The notes under the pieces are model-generated. The model did no database searches. It saw nothing but the letters and a program-made list of their open reading frames with translations, and was not told the DNA's origin. Both the position numbers and the translations under genes were made by a program. DNA of 60,478 nt, the filler included. It is 7 parts of 7 records of this genome, joined end to end, with 100 filler letters (N's around TTAATTAATTAA, not from the genome) between each part and the next. Parts side by side here need not be neighbours in the genome. Positions count along the whole stretch, not along the records: positions 54,597 to 60,478 come from SRR31156797_16227; 6 more parts are not named here. One strand, given 5' to 3'. This document shows positions 59,474 to 60,478 of the stretch, piece after piece. Every line of letters starts with the position of its first letter. Within the stretch, counting starts at the first letter, position 1.

Positions 59474-60391
59474 GTGAATTTTTTGCACCTTCATTATATC
59501 CAATGTTGTTCTAATTTCAGGTTTCACTAAAGTTGAAATTATAATCCCTGTAAAATTATTTCGTTCCCGAGTCTTAACCTCAACTAAGTTACTTTCCAAA
59601 TTCCTAATTGATGAGATCTCTAGAAAAATTGATGTCTTTCCTTCTGAGATATTCTTTAATACTTGTGTACCTTTAAGTTCAGATATTTTTGTTATAAAAC
59701 ACTTAATTCTTAGTTTAAGAAAAATATCAATTGAATCTAATAACCTTTCTTCGCTTTGCTTATTTAGTGTTCTAGTTTTATACGGTTTTGTTAATGCCTT
59801 AAGCTCAATTCTCTGCTCCTTTTCAGTTTGTGCATATTTTAAAGAACATTCGCGCCACTCTTTTTCAACTAATTTAGGAATCTCAAAACCATTAACTATA
59901 GGAATTCTATTTGAAGCCAATTTATCACCTGCTTGAAAATCACCTGAATAATTAACATTTAAAGCAATTGGCTTTATTTCTTCAAACATAATATTTACGT
60001 CCATCTCAGGTTGCCAACTACCTGAAAGAGCTTCATGAGCAGTACATAACGAAATTCCTAATCTTTTTGCCTTGGATATTGATGTACTTGAAAATCCTTT
60101 TCTTGAAACAAGAATACCTTTATTAGCTTTTATGTCTAGAAGCTTTGAATGAAAAGCATCAATTGTTCCAACTGATATTTTTCTATTATAATCCTTACAT
60201 TCTATTACCGTATGAATCTTTATTCCTACGGTTTCGCTAGTAACCAAAACATCAACTTGCCTTAATCCATCAACTCCCTCTAATTTAACATCATGTTCAA
60301 CTTTTTCATATTCAGGATTATTTACAAGTTTATTAAAAATTGATTCTGCTAATTTTTCAAATGTTTTACCAGTATTCTTTTCCATTTTCAT
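59471..60391 (-). CDS. Mrr_cat-like PD-(D/E)XK restriction endonuclease domain protein
   Basis: FEKL..IF, RQVDVLV, VIECKDY, KGILVS..GFS..A. Confidence 0.8.
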   Translation of the reverse strand: MKMEKNTGKTFEKLAESIFNKLVNNPEYEKVEHDVKLEGVDGLRQVDVLVTSETVGIKIHTVIECKDYNRKISVGTIDAFHSKLLDIKANKGILVSRKGFSSTSISKAKRLGISLCTAHEALSGSWQPEMDVNIMFEEIKPIALNVNYSGDFQAGDKLASNRIPIVNGFEIPKLVEKEWRECSLKYAQTEKEQRIELKALTKPYKTRTLNKQSEERLLDSIDIFLKLRIKCFITKISELKGTQVLKNISEGKTSIFLEISSIRNLESNLVEVKTRERNNFTGIIISTLVKPEIRTTLDIMKVQKIH

Positions 60392-60434
60392 GTTTATTCT
60401 CGGAAGCTTATTCTGCGTTCTTGCATTTTCTAAT

Positions 60435-60478
60435 TAAGGGCAACGTTGGTGGTATGAGGTCGTGGCGGATTGACGAGA
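60435..60478 (-). mobile_element. Partial attC-like site (R' end), cut by window edge
   Basis: Minus strand ...CCAAC-GTTGCCCTTA, the exact complement of the R''-like box at 59464-59473. Confidence 0.6.

Overview
This window is not one replicon. It is seven unrelated contigs joined by 100-nt N spacers carrying TTAATTAATTAA (stops in all six frames); taxonomy below is inferred from composition and gene content only. (1) 1-7187, very AT-rich (Fusobacteriota/Bacillota-like): methyltransferase, two solute-binding paralogs, SnoaL-like protein, PTS IIA/IIC and MupG/DUF871. (2) 7288-13604, Bacteroidota-like polysaccharide locus fragment: UroD-like protein, ExuT-like MFS, GH137-like, GH2. (3) 13705-18799, Desulfobacterota-like: crotonase, trypsin-like protease, radical SAM, acuI/yhdH pseudogene, MCP. 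(4) 18900-28493, Desulfobacterota-like, the top candidate: a class V-type lanthipeptide enzyme set (APH kinase, HopA1-type lyase, stand-alone LanC). It follows a 5'-truncated substrate gene made of tandem CPRPTxxx repeats (missed by the ORF track) plus a 68-aa Asp/Glu/Tyr/Trp tail; a PHP phosphatase, topB and a C69 peptidase come after. (5) 28594-48447, Bacteroidota-like: tRNA-Asp 3' end, then an unexplained operon joining three PQQ-like propellers, an NHL protein, a NapGH-like pair, a fused HydC-HydB/NuoEF flavoprotein, a truncated GltD-like subunit and a CxxC-bearing GT4, converging on an ABC exporter. (6) 48548-54496, AT-rich: YesM/YesN two-component system, pectin methylesterase, GH105. 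(7) 54597-60478, Bacteroidota-like: HU/DUF4469 protein with a 23-bp tandem array, then co-oriented genes separated by attC-like sites (integron-like cassettes, two encoding nucleases). All calls come from motif reading; no database search was run.
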